From the NCBI GenBank assembly GCA_951406725.2, contig OX597816.1, positions 8,122,001 to 8,186,000 of the forward strand: a stretch of 64,000 nucleotides of DNA. The letters run 5' to 3'. Source of the DNA: Octopus vulgaris (taxonomy: Eukaryota). Position numbers and translations under genes: made by a program. The first letter of the stretch is position 1. Each line of letters opens with the position of its first letter. The notes under the pieces were generated by a model. That model was not told where the DNA came from. It saw only the letters and a program-made list of their open reading frames with translations, and did not search any database. Below, piece after piece: positions 36,981 to 50,384 of this stretch.

Positions 36981-37360
36981 AGGCGGCGAGCTGGCAGAAA
37001 CGTTAGCACGCCGGGCGAAATGCTGAGTTCAAATTCCGCCGTGGTCGACTTTGCCTTTCATCCTTTCGGGATCGATAAAATTAAGTACCAGTTACGCACT
37101 GGGGTCGATGTAATCAAATTAGTCCGTTTTCTGTCCTTGTTTGTCCCCTCTGTGTTTAGCTCCTTGTGGGTAGTAAAGAAATAGGTATTTCGTCTGCCGC
37201 TACGTTCTGAGTTCAAATTCTGCTGGGGTCAGTTTTACCTTTCATCCTTTCGGGGTCGATAAATTAAGTGCCAGTGAAACACTGGGGTCGATGTAATCGA
37301 CTAGTCCCCTTCCACCAAATTTGAAATCTTGTGCCTCCAGTAGAAAGGATCATTATTATT
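36981..37360 (+). mobile_element. SINE family A dimer with (ATT)n tail
   Basis: Head, tail 1, restart at GGTATTTCGTCTG, tail 2. Confidence 0.88.
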
Positions 37361-37368
37361 TGTTATTA

Positions 37369-37421
<53 letters not shown>

Positions 37422-37976
37422 GAGAGAGCAATGCATGCCATTAAAGTGACACTGGGTAAAGTATGCGAAGTCCAGTATACCTATCATGACTACCCGTTTG
37501 ATAAGGTTACACCAGGCATATGCATCACAACCTTATGTGCACCATATTGTGATCTCATATCAAGATAAACAGCGCATGACCTTGCAATTGGGGTCCAGTT
37601 AGAATTTTCTTCTGGTCGAGTAACCCATCCCGCTTAAAAGGTCCCTGAATAAGGGTTGTTTGAGGATGTTGAAAGAACCACCCATGTTTCCAGAGGTGAA
37701 TTATTCAAACCCCAAAGAATCCCTCTCAACACATGGCTATGATGCACCCCGCCACTACTTCTGTTCGTGATCAGAGGTGCACATATCGTCAGCCACTAAG
37801 GGACATGCTCAACTGGTTAAGGTCAAACAACTGACAAGCAAATCTGTGGTATTGAGCAGAATATTTGCTGCAGCCCATCTTTTATACCAAGACAAAACAA
37901 CGTACATGATAACACTTCCAATCAGTTAAGATCAGAAGCCATGAGAGCCACTGCCTGGTACTGCATCAGGGCATTT
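37422..37976 (-). mobile_element. Non-coding repeat family D embedded in (TAA)n, probably a non-autonomous retroposon
   Basis: Near-identical to 54071-54519, with (ATT)n on both flanks. No ORF or tRNA head seen; strand is inferred. Confidence 0.7.
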
Positions 37977-37991
37977 ATTATTATTATTATT

Positions 37992-38033
<42 letters not shown>

Positions 38034-38041
38034 ATTATTAC

Positions 38042-38087
<46 letters not shown>

Positions 38088-38309
38088 TAAGGCATCGCAC
38101 GTTATCCAATATCGTGATGTTGGTGGAAGACATTGTGTCTACCGGAGGTTTGTACTGTTTGTCAAGTCACAACAAAAACCTCAGACAGACAGAATACTTT
38201 AAGCAATATGCATGCAGTTCTAAGTAATGCCGATTTTTGTAATACACCTAGAATGTGAGGTATTTCTAAAGTTTCCAGATATTATTATTAGTATTATTAT
38301 TAATAAAGA

Positions 38310-38415
38310 AATCATCATCATCATCATTATCATCATCATCACCACCACCACCACCACCACCACCATCATCACCACCACCACCACCACCACCACCATCATC
38401 ATCACCACCACCACC

Positions 38416-38449
<34 letters not shown>

Positions 38450-38516
38450 TCATCACCACCACCACCACCACCACCACCACAACCACAACCACCATCATCA
38501 TCATCATCATCATCAT
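38310..38516. repeat. (CAT)n/(CAC)n compound microsatellite
   Basis: Direct reading. Confidence 0.95.
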
Positions 38517-38849
38517 TTTTTATTGTTGTTGTTGTTGTAAATGCTTCCGCTATGAGCGCTACACTTTGCCATGTTCCCCCAGCTGTCCGCGAATAATCCT
38601 GTGGGATATGAAACTGTTAGCTCACATTAAATGGCGTCGATAAGAAGAACTGCACTGGAAAACCAGATTTCCATACACGGAAATAATCGATAACATACTT
38701 TCCTCTTTCTATCAATAATTGGCGATCATTTATTTATTTATTCATTTATTTATCTATCTATTTTCCTATTTATTCATTTTTGCTAGAAACGTGTCTTTAA
38801 GGTTTGATAATACGTTTATAAACACAGGCATACACACACATATACATAA

Positions 38850-39471
38850 GCATGCATGCATGTATGTATGGATGCATGTATGTATGTATGCATGTATGTA
38901 TGGATGCATGGATGTATGTATGTATGTATGTATGTATGTATGTATGTATGTATGTATGTATGTATGTATGGATGGATGTATGTATGTATGGATGTATGGA
39001 TGTATGTATGTATGTATGTATGTATGTATGTATGTATGCATGTATGGATGGATGTATGGATGTATGTATGTATGTATGTATGTATGTATGTATGGATGTA
39101 TGTATGTATGTATGTATGTATGTATGGATGTATGGATGTATGTATGTATGTATGTATGGATGTATGGATGTATGGATGGATGTATGTATGTATGTATGGA
39201 TGTATGTATGTATGTATGTATGTATGTATGTATGTATGTATGTATGGATGTATGTATGTATGTATGTATGGATGTATGGATGTATGTATGTATGTATGTA
39301 TGTATGTATGGATGTATGGGTGTATGTATGCATGTATGTATGGATGGATGGATGGATGGATGGATGTATGTTTGTATGGATGGATGTATGGATGTATGTA
39401 TGTATGTATGGATGTATGCATGGATGTATGTATGGATATATGTATGTATGTATGCATGGATGTATGTATGG

Positions 39472-39504
<33 letters not shown>

Positions 39505-39874
39505 TGTATGTATGTATGTATGTATTTATGTATGTATGTATGTATTTATGTATGTATGTATGTATGTATGGATATATGTATGTATGTATGTATGCATGTA
39601 TGTATGCATGCATGTATGTATGGATGTATGTATGGATATATGTATGTATGTATGGATGTATGCATGCATGGATGGATGGATGGATGGATGTATGTATGTA
39701 TGTATGTATGTATGTATGCATGTATGTATGGATGGATGGATGGATGTATGTATGTATGTATGTATGTATGTATGTATGTATGTATGCATGTATGTATGCA
39801 TGCATGTATGGATGGATGGATGGATGGATGGATGGATGGATGTATGGATGGATGGATGAATGGATGGATGAATA

Positions 39875-39905
<31 letters not shown>
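38850..39905. repeat. (ATGT/ATGG)n tetranucleotide array of about 1 kb
   Basis: Direct reading. Confidence 0.97.
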
Positions 39906-39907
<2 letters not shown>

Positions 39908-40139
39908 GTAAGGTCCAGGGGCCGAGGTAAAGTAAGAAAGTTAGCTTCAATCAATCCGTAGGAAATATAAAAAGAAAAACAACTTTCAGCCGGCAATAGT
40001 GGTTTATTGAGACAGGAGGTTGTGGATTTTTATATCCACCAGGCATGGATTTTTACCACATCTAAGGCTCCGCTCGTTATGAAATATATGTAGCCCGGAT
40101 CTTACCTACTCTATTCCGTAACTCTTGTATATATATATA

Positions 40140-41110
40140 CCACTTCTTAATTTGAGCGGAGGCAATGCGACCAGGAACTAATGGAACATTACTAAGATCC
40201 ACACACAAAGATCAAATACATACATAAATTCATATATTCATTTATATCTACAGAACGGATATAAAATCCAACATATATAAATATAATTATATATATAAAT
40301 AGATAAAAATTATATAATATATATAAATATATATATAGGCGCAGGAGTGGCTGTGTGGTAAGTAGCTTGCTAACCAACCACATGGTTCCGGGTTCAGTCC
40401 CACTGCGTGGCATCTTGGGCAAGTGTCTTCTGCTATAGCCCCGGGCCGACCAATGCCTTGTGAGTGGATTTGGTAGACGGAAACTGAAAGAAGCCTGTCG
40501 TATATATGTATGTATATATATATATATGCGTGTATGTGAATGTGTGTGTGTTTGTGTGTGTGTGTTTGTCCCCCTAGCATTACTGGTGTGTTTACGTCCC
40601 CGTAACTTAGCGATACGGCAAAAGAGACCGATAGAATAAGTCCCGGGGCCGATTTGCTCGACTAAAGGCGGTGCTCCTGCATGGCCGCAGTCAAATGACT
40701 GAAACAAGTAAAAGAGTAAAAGAGTATATAAGAATCAGTGTTACATACAAAACACTGTGAATTTACGCTTCAAGTTATAAAACATTGGTAAATTAAAAAT
40801 TTGGGATAATGAAATATAAAAAGGATATGTTAAAATGACGTATTAAAATTCCAGAAAAAATACAAATATACAAAAATTGCAAAATTTTTCATCTCCGTTT
40901 CGGAGACGCAGCTAATTAATTTGATACATTTCATATTTTCGAAACTGACACTCCCCTCATCGGGATGTTTTTTTACACACAATGCATGGAAATAAATGTA
41001 CAATTACATACCAGCCATCTGCGAAAATATTAAGACATTCTTTGTGTGTGGATCTTAGTAATGTTCCTTTAGTTCCTGCTCGCATTGCCTCCGCTCAAAT
41101 TAAGAAATGG
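40140..41110. mobile_element. Element bounded by inverted repeats of about 70 bp (MITE-like) with a nested SINE
   Basis: CCACTTCTTAATTTGAGCGGAGGCAATGCG..GATCCACACACAAAGA (40140-40211) is the inverse of 41039-41110. Confidence 0.7.
40337..40727 (+). mobile_element. SINE family B
   Basis: Consensus structure with small internal deletions. Confidence 0.9.
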
Positions 41111-41221
41111 AATACAGCTCATTTGGAGCACAACAACTCCAGTCTGTATTATATTTTGAGTATTGTTATTACTAGCGATCTCAAGATATAACTGTGTATT
41201 TTGTGTGTATATATATATATA

Positions 41222-41261
41222 GCAGCTTAGAAGCCGCCCTATCAAGCGGCTTTTATGCTAG
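41222..41261 (+). mobile_element. Isolated Helitron-like 3' end
   Basis: Hairpin AAGCCGC..GCGGCTT followed by CTAG|T. Confidence 0.4.
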
Positions 41262-41730
41262 TATATAGCTTTTAAGCAACTGACTCTGAATGGGAAGATC
41301 TGCAGACATATCTCTGACTTATTTTCGAGAATTTGTTGCAATTGCTTCCTCCAGAGTCATATCCCAATAATGATCAAATTCGTCGCAAAAAGAATCACGT
41401 AAAAAAATCGCCGAAAATAATCGCTGGATTTCACAATTAATTTTGAATATTCCCCAAATTTATAAAAGTTGTACAAAATAATTTGTCACACACAAAAAAA
41501 AAAAAAATATCATGTAAAAAAATCGCCGAAAACAATCGCAGTAATGAAAACTTGGGAATCCCAAACTTCAGGATTGCGAGTCCTGATTCATACCAGAATG
41601 CTTTCAATTTACTCACAAAGTCGGCCTGATTCCAAAATGGCATGATATGTTGGGCTACGGCCTCTAGGAGTAAAGTTGAAAAAGTGTGATACACTGACAC
41701 ACTAACATTTCCATTTATTATATAAGTATA

Positions 41731-42035
41731 TTTGTTTGTTCCTTCTCGAGCCATGCCTGGCTCATAAGGGCCGGTTTCCCGGTTTCCTTGGCGTATAGGT
41801 TCCCCACCTGGACGGGACGCCATTCCGTCGCAGAGGAGCTGCAAGATGCAGGAGGAAAGAGTGAGAGAAAGTTGTGGCGAAAGAGTCAGCAGAAGTTTGC
41901 CATTACCTTCTGCCGGAGCTGCGTGGAGCTTAGGTGTTTCGCTCATAAACACACACATCGCCGGATCTGAGATTCGAACCCGTGATCCCTCGACCGCGAG
42001 TCTGCTGCTCTAACTAATAGGCCATGTGCCTCCAC
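41731..42035 (-). mobile_element. SINE family C with alternative tail
   Basis: Head and body as in 3064-3447, but the tail reads GAAACCGGCCCTTATGAGCCAGGCATGGCTCGAGAAGGAAC. Confidence 0.85.
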
Positions 42036-42779
42036 ATATAAATATATACATATGTATAAATGAATTTGTCTAAGTTTATGCATGTGTGTGGCGCGTGTTT
42101 GTGTGTATGTGAGTGTGTGTGTGTGTGTGTTGTGTGTATATGTGTGTGTGCGCGCGCATGTGTTTATATACGTGTATGTTCTGACTTTGCGCTCTGCGTT
42201 CAAATTCAGCCAAAGCCAATTATACTTTTCATCCCACCAGGGATTAATTAGAATCAGTCCGGGAAGTGTACGAGCGGAATCGTTAGAAGGTCTTATGGAA
42301 TATCTTGCTCTGTTTGTCCCGATTGTTTGCATGTACCAAGCTTTATAAGCCTCGACTTTCCTCACAATACATCATTAAGCGCAAACGAGGGAGACTTACA
42401 TCTGTTGTTGACTGGTGCCTTCTATTAAATCTTGGCAGAGACCTAAAACGCCATGAAGCACTTTCCATATACAGACAATCACACTGTTTATTTTAGACAG
42501 CGTCCGGCATTACTCGTTAACGATAAAAGCACTGAATGCCGGGATTGAAGTATAACAAAGTGGTAAAAACTACAAATCACCTCAAATGCTCTGTGAGTCC
42601 ACCATCTTCATTAAAATAAAAATAACGCAAGAAATAACAAGATGGCGGACAGAACATCCTCTTCTGAATGATGGACACGAATGTCGCATTGACACGGCAT
42701 TGTTATGTAACAAAGGATTCATTCCTTTATCGTTTCTAGTTGGCTCTTCTTTATCACAAACCACCCCATCAAGACATTA

Positions 42780-44330
42780 CTTCAATTGATGCTGTATCAG
42801 ACGAGATTTACCAAATCTTTTCTAGTTATCCATAAACAAATATTTTATCGTCTGCCGTTTTCATTATTCATCACGTAGACGCATTTCTAGCATCTCTGAT
42901 TCTGTCAGAACCCATGTCCTAAATATCTCTCCATCTCCAAATCTCACTCATCTTTCTTATTCACTATCGACATTACGACGATTATGATTCTTTCCTCTTT
43001 GCTTCGTGTCTTACTGACCCTACCTTTGCTCTGTTTCTCTTTAAGCCTCCCCCTCCAAGCATTGATTCTTCATTTGAAAACTATCAACAAAGAGGCTGAT
43101 ATTCTTTTCGACATTTACTTTGTGATGTTCCATGGCATCATTTCTTTTCCCTTGCTGCTAATGGTTGAACCTCTGAGATGGCATCTTGCACTTAGGTTGG
43201 TAGACGCCTTCGTATCGGTGATAGTTAAACCACAATCTTTTCCCTGCTTGTGTCTCTCTTATTGTTCAGAGGTATCACTCTTCACTTTTCTATCGCAGTA
43301 ATGGCTCTTTAGAGCCACCGCAAGCGCCATTGAGAATTCATGGAAGAAGCAACGGCGCTTGCGGTGGTTTGGTCATGCATGTAGGCGTCCGGTGGGTGAA
43401 CTGAGCCGTGATGTCCTTCTCCCAACTCCACTTCCCAACTGGTGGAAACGCACGGGCGGGCAGCTGAAGACTTGGGTTACGACGATTAAGGAGGACCTCT
43501 CCATGCTCACAGGTCCGCAGGTGGTCGGCCTGCGCCGATGGAATCGTGACTGGCTTGTTATCTCCAGTGAACTGGCGCAGAACCGTCGTGCGTGGGCTGC
43601 TATGGTTCGAGATACCTCGAGGGTGGTAGAAGAAGCCGACTCAACCCACCCAGGGTGAATGTCGCCACAAGTACAAGTAAGTAATAGAGCGGACAAAACC
43701 TAAATGGCTTATCAGAACCTAGACTCACAGTACTTTTAGAAAATTTATAGTAGTATATTGAATAATGGTAACTGTAGCATCTCCTTCTCTTCAGTGGTTA
43801 TTAGGTAATAACTTCGAAAGATAAAACAGATTCACTTCTCCATTTGTTTTGCAGTAATTCTAACATTGATTTATCTGGCCATGTTCCGAATTTTCCTTCT
43901 CCGTGTTCCTTTACCTGACATGCGTATAACATCTAAATCTATGGCGAAAGCAATTTCTAGCGTCGACACTTAAACTGCTTCTATTCTTGATAATATTCCT
44001 GCTATTGATTTCTAAAATTGCTCTTCTGAAATTATTTCTGTTCTGTTCTAATCTCTTCCTCAAATGCCTTCCTTTTCAGCTTACTGGAAATTGGTCTCTA
44101 TTAGTATGTCTATTTCCAAAAGCACTGGTGAATATTCTGATCCTTGTAACTACCACCCAATCAACCTTCTTCCTTGTAGCTACCAAAGTCTTTGAATCTT
44201 TGATCAATAAGGTTCTTCTTTTAATTCTTGAATCACTCGGATTGCTTCCTGAGAAAAAAAAAAACGCAGTTTCCGGATCTGATGCTCTTTCGCGGTTGTC
44301 TTTCGATTTACACGGTGAATTAGTATTCGC
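42780..44330 (+). mobile_element. Decayed CR1/L2-group LINE ORF2 with a nested RTE fragment
   Basis: Remnants LPDMRITSKSMAKAISS..DNIPAI..YWK..GEYSDPCNYHPINLL..KVFESLIN match an RT N-terminus. Many stops and frameshifts. Confidence 0.6.
43305..43683 (+). mobile_element. RTE-group LINE 3' fragment
   Basis: LRWFGHACRRP..WWKRTGGQLKTWVTTIKEDL..ELAQNRRAWAAMVRD, followed by a (CAAGTA)n tail. Confidence 0.88.
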
Positions 44331-45030
44331 ATTGCAAATCGAAATCGTGTAAATCGAGGGATACCGGTTTTAGTGATTATTATGTATAATAAAAAGAGCA
44401 CAAACAAAATATAAACAATCGTAAAATTAATGATTAAAATACAATTCTTATATGACAATGCATGTGTGCGTGTGTGTGCGCGCGTGCGTGTGTGTGCGCG
44501 CGTGCGTGCGTGCGTGTATGTGTGTGACATATACCAGTATAATTACCTATTTCTTTACTACCCACAAGGAGCTAAAAATAGAGGGGGACAAACAAGGACA
44601 GGTATACGGATTAAGTCGATTACATCGACCCCAGTGCGTAACTGGTACTTAATTTATCATTATCATTTAGCGAAATATGAAAAGTAAAGCTAATACAGAT
44701 GATACCTTAGCGCTTACACTAGCTTTATTTGGTCTACATGACTATCTTAGTAGTATAATTAAGGTATAATTAAGGTATAATTAAAGAAAAAAGAAAAGTG
44801 AATCGGAAGCAACGAAATAATAAAGTAACATTTCTAAACAACAGATGGAAATAAAAACTGTATGTTTGACCCAAATAAAAAAAAAGTGTTAAAATAAACC
44901 AATATGAACAGACCAACATATAAGAGGTGAAGAATTATCCGAAACATTGGAGCCTTTACCCTTCCTTGTTTTAACTATATTTATTAAAACTTGTCCCACT
45001 TCTGTTTTCTTCTTGTTCATTACATTTACA

Positions 45031-45087
<57 letters not shown>

Positions 45088-45141
45088 CGCTTGCGTGCAT
45101 GTATATGTATCAGTGCGTGCGTGCATGTATACGTTTATATA

Positions 45142-45626
45142 TATGGTTGGCCAAAAGTCACCTGATAGTAAATCAAGACCCCCCATTTTATTCCAAGATT
45201 AAAACAAAAATAAAAATTAGACTTTTCTAATAAATAGAAAAATGCTAGGTATACTTGCCATCTCAATATGGCTAACCACTAAGGGTGGGTGTTACTGTAG
45301 CTTGTAGCCCCAGGAAAACATCGTCTCCAGCTGGCTTTAGGCACACTTTCTGTGCCCTTATGGTATTTGCAAAGGGAGGTCATCCCTCCCTCGTCAACCA
45401 AAGTGATACGCACGGACTGCAGTTTCTAGGCATTGACCTGTCTTCAGCGTACGACAATCACCGGTTTTCGATGAAGGGAGTCCCAGAAAAAAGAAAAAAA
45501 AAACGGTGATTTTTAACTCACAACATTCAATTATTAAACATTCATAATTGGAATGAATAAATAAAATTGAATATTAAGTATTTATGGAATTTTGATTTAC
45601 TGTCGGGTGACTTTTGGCCAACCTTG
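45142..45626. mobile_element. Tc1/mariner-type MITE with TIRs of about 35 bp
   Basis: GGTTGGCCAAAAGTCACCTGATAGTAAATCAA ... TTGATTTACTGTCGGGTGACTTTTGGCCAACC, with TA flanks. Confidence 0.85.
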
Positions 45627-45873
45627 TATAGTTGAAAACTATGGCCCAAGGTGCCACGCAGTAGACTGGGCGCAGAACCATGTGGTTGGGAAGCAAGCTA
45701 CTTACCACACAGCCACACACACTTCCGCTTTAGATATTTTCGAAAAATTTTCGCTTACCTCTTTTCATTGCAAAGTCAGATTGTCACTATGACGCCATAA
45801 ACACTTCAAAATTAGATTTCCGATCATATAAATCACTTCGAATATTATTTTAGCAAATTTAAAGTGATTTCTT

Positions 45874-46288
45874 GGATCTTTTCGGTTTGAACGGCAGTTT
45901 TTTCTAGCGGTGTCATATGAAATTGTCACCCATAATTATGACCTCAGTATCGATCTATAGCATTTCAATCTGTTTTAGGGTTAGGATTAGGGTGGGGGGA
46001 AGGGTATCTTTTTTTCTTCAGAAATGTAAATAAACCTAATCTGTTTCTTAAACGAGGGACGTATTCATGCGGCACAGAATGTTTTCACCTCAATAGACGT
46101 CATTGATTGGTTGAAATTGCAGAAATTGAAGAAAAAAACAACAAATATCTTACAAACTATAGAATTTTCTCAATAAAGCCAAGAGAAAAAGATGTTTTAT
46201 AAACACATTCTACCAGTATACGAAGTTTAAAAGTGTTTAGTTACGTGGGAATTATTTTAAAAAACTGCCGTTCAAACCGAAAAGATCC
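45874..46288 (+). mobile_element. Second copy of the 29-bp-TIR MITE
   Basis: Same TIRs and interior as 32682-33098. GATTTCTT is duplicated on both sides. Confidence 0.92.
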
Positions 46289-46773
46289 GATTTCTTTTGT
46301 GCCATAAACCATTTACCATTTTTATGGCGCTCTCACCCTCCCTTGATGCCGTAAGTACGTACTTATCTTGTTTAATGGTTAATCCAGAGCTGTGCGCGCG
46401 CGTTCGTTCGTGCGTGCGCGCGTGTGTGCGTTCATGCGTGTATGTGTGCATAACATGTGTGTATGTGTGCATTCATATCTGTGTGTCTGTGTGGTAACGT
46501 GTCACAGTGGTCGACTCTTTCTGTATGCATACAAGTTCAGCTGTCTCTGAATGTTTATTAACTTCAAACACTCACCGCTCAAATTGAGAACAAACCCGAG
46601 AACCAAATACAAAATTATTCAAATGACATTTCTAACAAACCATTGAACTAAAGTAATTTCAGTGATTTTTTTTCTTTTTGTCTCGGGCGACAACAAAGAG
46701 TTTCCCGCCGTCACAAAAATAGCAATAAATCTTACCAAGCAGTTAGCTGATTATTACAGTCGGGTCTACATTA

Positions 46774-47390
46774 GGCGGCGTGCTGGCAGAAACATTAGCA
46801 CGTCGGGCGAAATGCTTAGCAGTATTTCGTCTGCCGTTACGTTCTGAGTTCAAATTCCGCCGAGGTCGACTTTGCCTTTCATCCTTTCGGGGTCAATTAA
46901 ATAAGTACCAGTTACGCACTGGCTTCGATATAATCGACTCAATCCGTTTGTCTGTCCTTGTTTGTCCCCTCAGTGTTTAGCCCCTTGTGGGTAGTAATGA
47001 AATAGGTATTTCATCTACAGTTACGTTCTGAGTTCAAATTCCGCCAAGGTCGACTTTGCCTTTCATCCTTTCGGGGTCGATTAAATAAGTACCAGTTACG
47101 CACTGGCGTCGATATAATCGACTTAATCCGTTTGTCTGACCTTGTTCGTCCCCTCTACGTTTAGCCCTTGTGGGCAATAAAGAAATAAGAAACGTTAGCA
47201 TGCCGGGCGAAATGCTTATCGATATTTCGTCTGTCTTTACGTTCTGAGTTCAAATTACGCCGAGGTCGACTTTGCCTTTCATCCTTTCGGTGTTGATAAA
47301 TTAAGTACCACTGGCGTACTGGTGTCGATCTAATCGACTGGTCCCCACCTCCCCCAAAATTTCGGGCCTGTGCCTAAAATGGAAGAGTAT
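46774..47390 (+). mobile_element. SINE family A trimer
   Basis: Three Meta-like domains in the order tail 1, tail 1, tail 2. Confidence 0.9.
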
Positions 47391-47514
47391 TATAGTTGGG
47401 AGTTTATGCACGTGTAAATATATTTATATAAGTATGTGTGTAGGAGTGAATATATATGTATGTAATAAGTACGCATTTACATATGCACACACATACATGC
47501 GTATATATAACGTT

Positions 47515-47818
47515 TCTTATTTCTTTATTGCCTACAAGGGCTAAACACAGAAGGGACAAACAAGGACAGACAAACAGATTAAGTCGATTATATCGACCCC
47601 AGTGCGTAACTGGTACTTATTACATATATATATTCTTTTATTCTTTTACTTGTTTCAGTCATTTAATTGCGACCATGCTGTAGCACCGGATTTAGTCGAA
47701 CAAATCGACTCTAGTACTTATTTCGGTCTATTTTGCCGAACCGCTAATTTGCGGGGACGTAAACACACCAACATCGGTTGTCAAGCGATGGTGGGGGGAA
47801 CAAACACAGACATACAAG

Positions 47819-47825
<7 letters not shown>
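47515..47825 (-). mobile_element. Adjacent 3' halves of SINE A and SINE B
   Basis: Reverse complements of both tails. Confidence 0.75.
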
Positions 47826-47873
<48 letters not shown>

Positions 47874-47889
47874 ACATTTATATATATAA

Positions 47890-48158
47890 CAGTGACAAAC
47901 GAAAAATACACCGCCAATGGTTGTTGTTGACAAACAACGGCAGTAATTTTATTCAGCTGAATACACGTCATTGATTGGTTGAAATTACCGAAATAGGACT
48001 ACTTTAACGTGAAATTACTTCGTAATTATAAGTTTTTCACAAAAATGCCAAGAGTCAAAGATGTTTTATATGACACATTCTACCAGTGTCCGAAGTTTGA
48101 AGGTGTTTAGTTACAAAAAATTATTTTTTAAATCTGTAGGTCAAAAAGTAAAGATCCC
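47890..48158 (+). mobile_element. Right half of a MITE related to the 29-bp-TIR family
   Basis: Shares ACGTCATTGATTGGTTGAAATT..ACACATTCTACCAGT..GTGTTTAGTTAC and ends AAAGATCC, but the inner TIR differs. Confidence 0.7.
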
Positions 48159-48221
48159 AGAGATGTACCTGCATAGCGAGTGACTTGATCTGGGAACGTG
48201 TGCTGAAACAAAAATAAAACT

Positions 48222-48458
48222 GCAGCGTGGAAACCACTCAAAGACACACAAAAACCGTTAGTTTCACTTCAGCATTTAATTTTCATTTGTGTCAAAAATA
48301 TTTTTCTCGCTTTGAAACCGCGACTTGTTCACTGTAGGCAGGTCGCGGTTTCAAAGGGACGAAAATATTTTGACACAAATCAAAATTATATTATAAGTGA
48401 AACTAACGGTTTTTGGGTGTCCCTGAATGGCTTACAAATACCTTCCATGCTGCAATTG
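48222..48458. mobile_element. Fold-back Penelope-type terminal fragment with variant hammerhead
   Basis: Inverted arms of about 110 bp around 48334. Homologous to 55375-55520. Confidence 0.65.
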
Positions 48459-49387
48459 TATATATATATATATATGTGTATGTGTGTGTGTGTGTGTGCG
48501 TGTGAGTGTATAACGGCAAGGTTTTATTACAACTGCATGTTGTAAGATGTGAAAGAAGAACATATGTAAATAAATATTTATATATCGTTACTTTAATATA
48601 TGCCATACCACGACGGATAGACTAGTGTAATAGTATAATACAGTTCGTAAAGCATGAAAGGTAGAGACAGTTAATTTCGGCCTGTATTTGTGTGTACACG
48701 ATTTCATAGTAGTATATATATTGAGAGAGATGGTCATGTTACAGAGAAAAGAAAGTGAGTTCGTGAAAGTGAGAGTGGTGGGACGAAACAACTGCTTCAT
48801 TGGTGAGTTACCATAGTTGTACCTCTGTGCCTTTTCCTTTACAGATAGCGTTTTGTTCAGCCGGTCAGCCAGGAGTTCTTGTTTTTGTAACTATCCAAAA
48901 CCAACCCGACAGATAGACATATTGTTGAGAACGATAGATTTCGTTGGCCGTCTGTTATCTCTTTTCTAGCTTTTGGTGGCCTGGAAGGGTCAAGTGACAA
49001 AGACATTATTCTGCTTAGCGAAGGCATCTGGCAAAGGTAACTGCTGTCACTCACGGAAAAGCTATTGTTTTACCGTGAGAAAAGTAATGTTGAACTGTTA
49101 AGTGAAATTTGGCTATCGAGGATCGAATCCACGCTATGCCTACATGAAGCCACTACACACACACAATTCAATGAGAGGTTAAAATAGCCTCATTAAGAGA
49201 TAGTAATATCCAATGAATTACTGGTTCATTGCCTAGTATTCTAAAAATTTCCAGATGTATATTACTGCTTATATATATATATGAATATAATATATATTGG
49301 ATCTTGCAGATAAATTCAAGGAATGCTAAAATAATAGTAGAAAACTGATATAATTTTAATGTAAGATTTATTACAACAAAACTATTT

Positions 49388-49660
49388 ATCACTCAATATG
49401 GTCGCTCTTTTGGGCAATTACTGCTTCCACACGAGAACGAAAGTTTTTGATTTTGCGTATCGTACGCACGATGCAGGTCTTCAAACTGTTGACCTCCGAG
49501 TGTGGTTGAAGCATTGGTCCTTTTATTCTCTCCACTTTATTCTCCCCAACGCCGCCGTGAACACTAGATAATTTTCACAATGTGGGGAGTATATCCTCAG
49601 CATTGACCCCAAACGACCTTAACATTAGATTCAAAATTCATCCAAGACTGGGGTGCCTTG
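49388..49660 (-). mobile_element. Decayed Tc1/mariner (maT-like) transposase C-terminus
   Basis: Minus-strand HSEVNSLKTCIVRT..NFRSRVEAVIAQKSDHIE*. Confidence 0.6.
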
Positions 49661-49807
49661 TTATACGTCCCCAACACAATTCAGACCCATAGCACATAAA
49701 TTAAATGCAATGCAATTTCTTTATCTCAAGATATCCTGCACCATTTAACATTATCCCAAAACATATCAAAGAAGAGAAAGATCCCATCACCTTCGATCAA
49801 AACCTGG

Positions 49808-49865
<58 letters not shown>

Positions 49866-50289
49866 GAAAGTTAATTCATATGGCTGATCATCGAGTGACC
49901 ATCGGTTTCGCACCTATAAAACCTTTACCGGTATAGGCGATTCGTCAGACTTAAATGGCCGAAGTGCTTCAGAAGTGCGAAACCAATGGTTGCTCTAGGC
50001 CCAGCCGTAACATTTAACTACCTAAAAAGATATATATTACTGCTCTATCGTTTTAGAGTGTGCTTCGTTTTCGAACATATGAACTGCTATGACGACATGT
50101 GTGTGTGTCTGCATGCGTGTCTGCATGTGTGTATGTGTGTGTGTGTGTGTATGTCATTATCCAATTTATTGCAAGAGTTCTTGCCAATGGAGAAAGAGCC
50201 GGTTTCTAACCTACAACCAAGGTTCCTTCATTGAGATTTCAACATCAACAACAGGGTATTTTTTGTTTGTGTGTGTGTATGTATGTATG

Positions 50290-50376
<87 letters not shown>

Positions 50377-50384
50377 TTATATGT

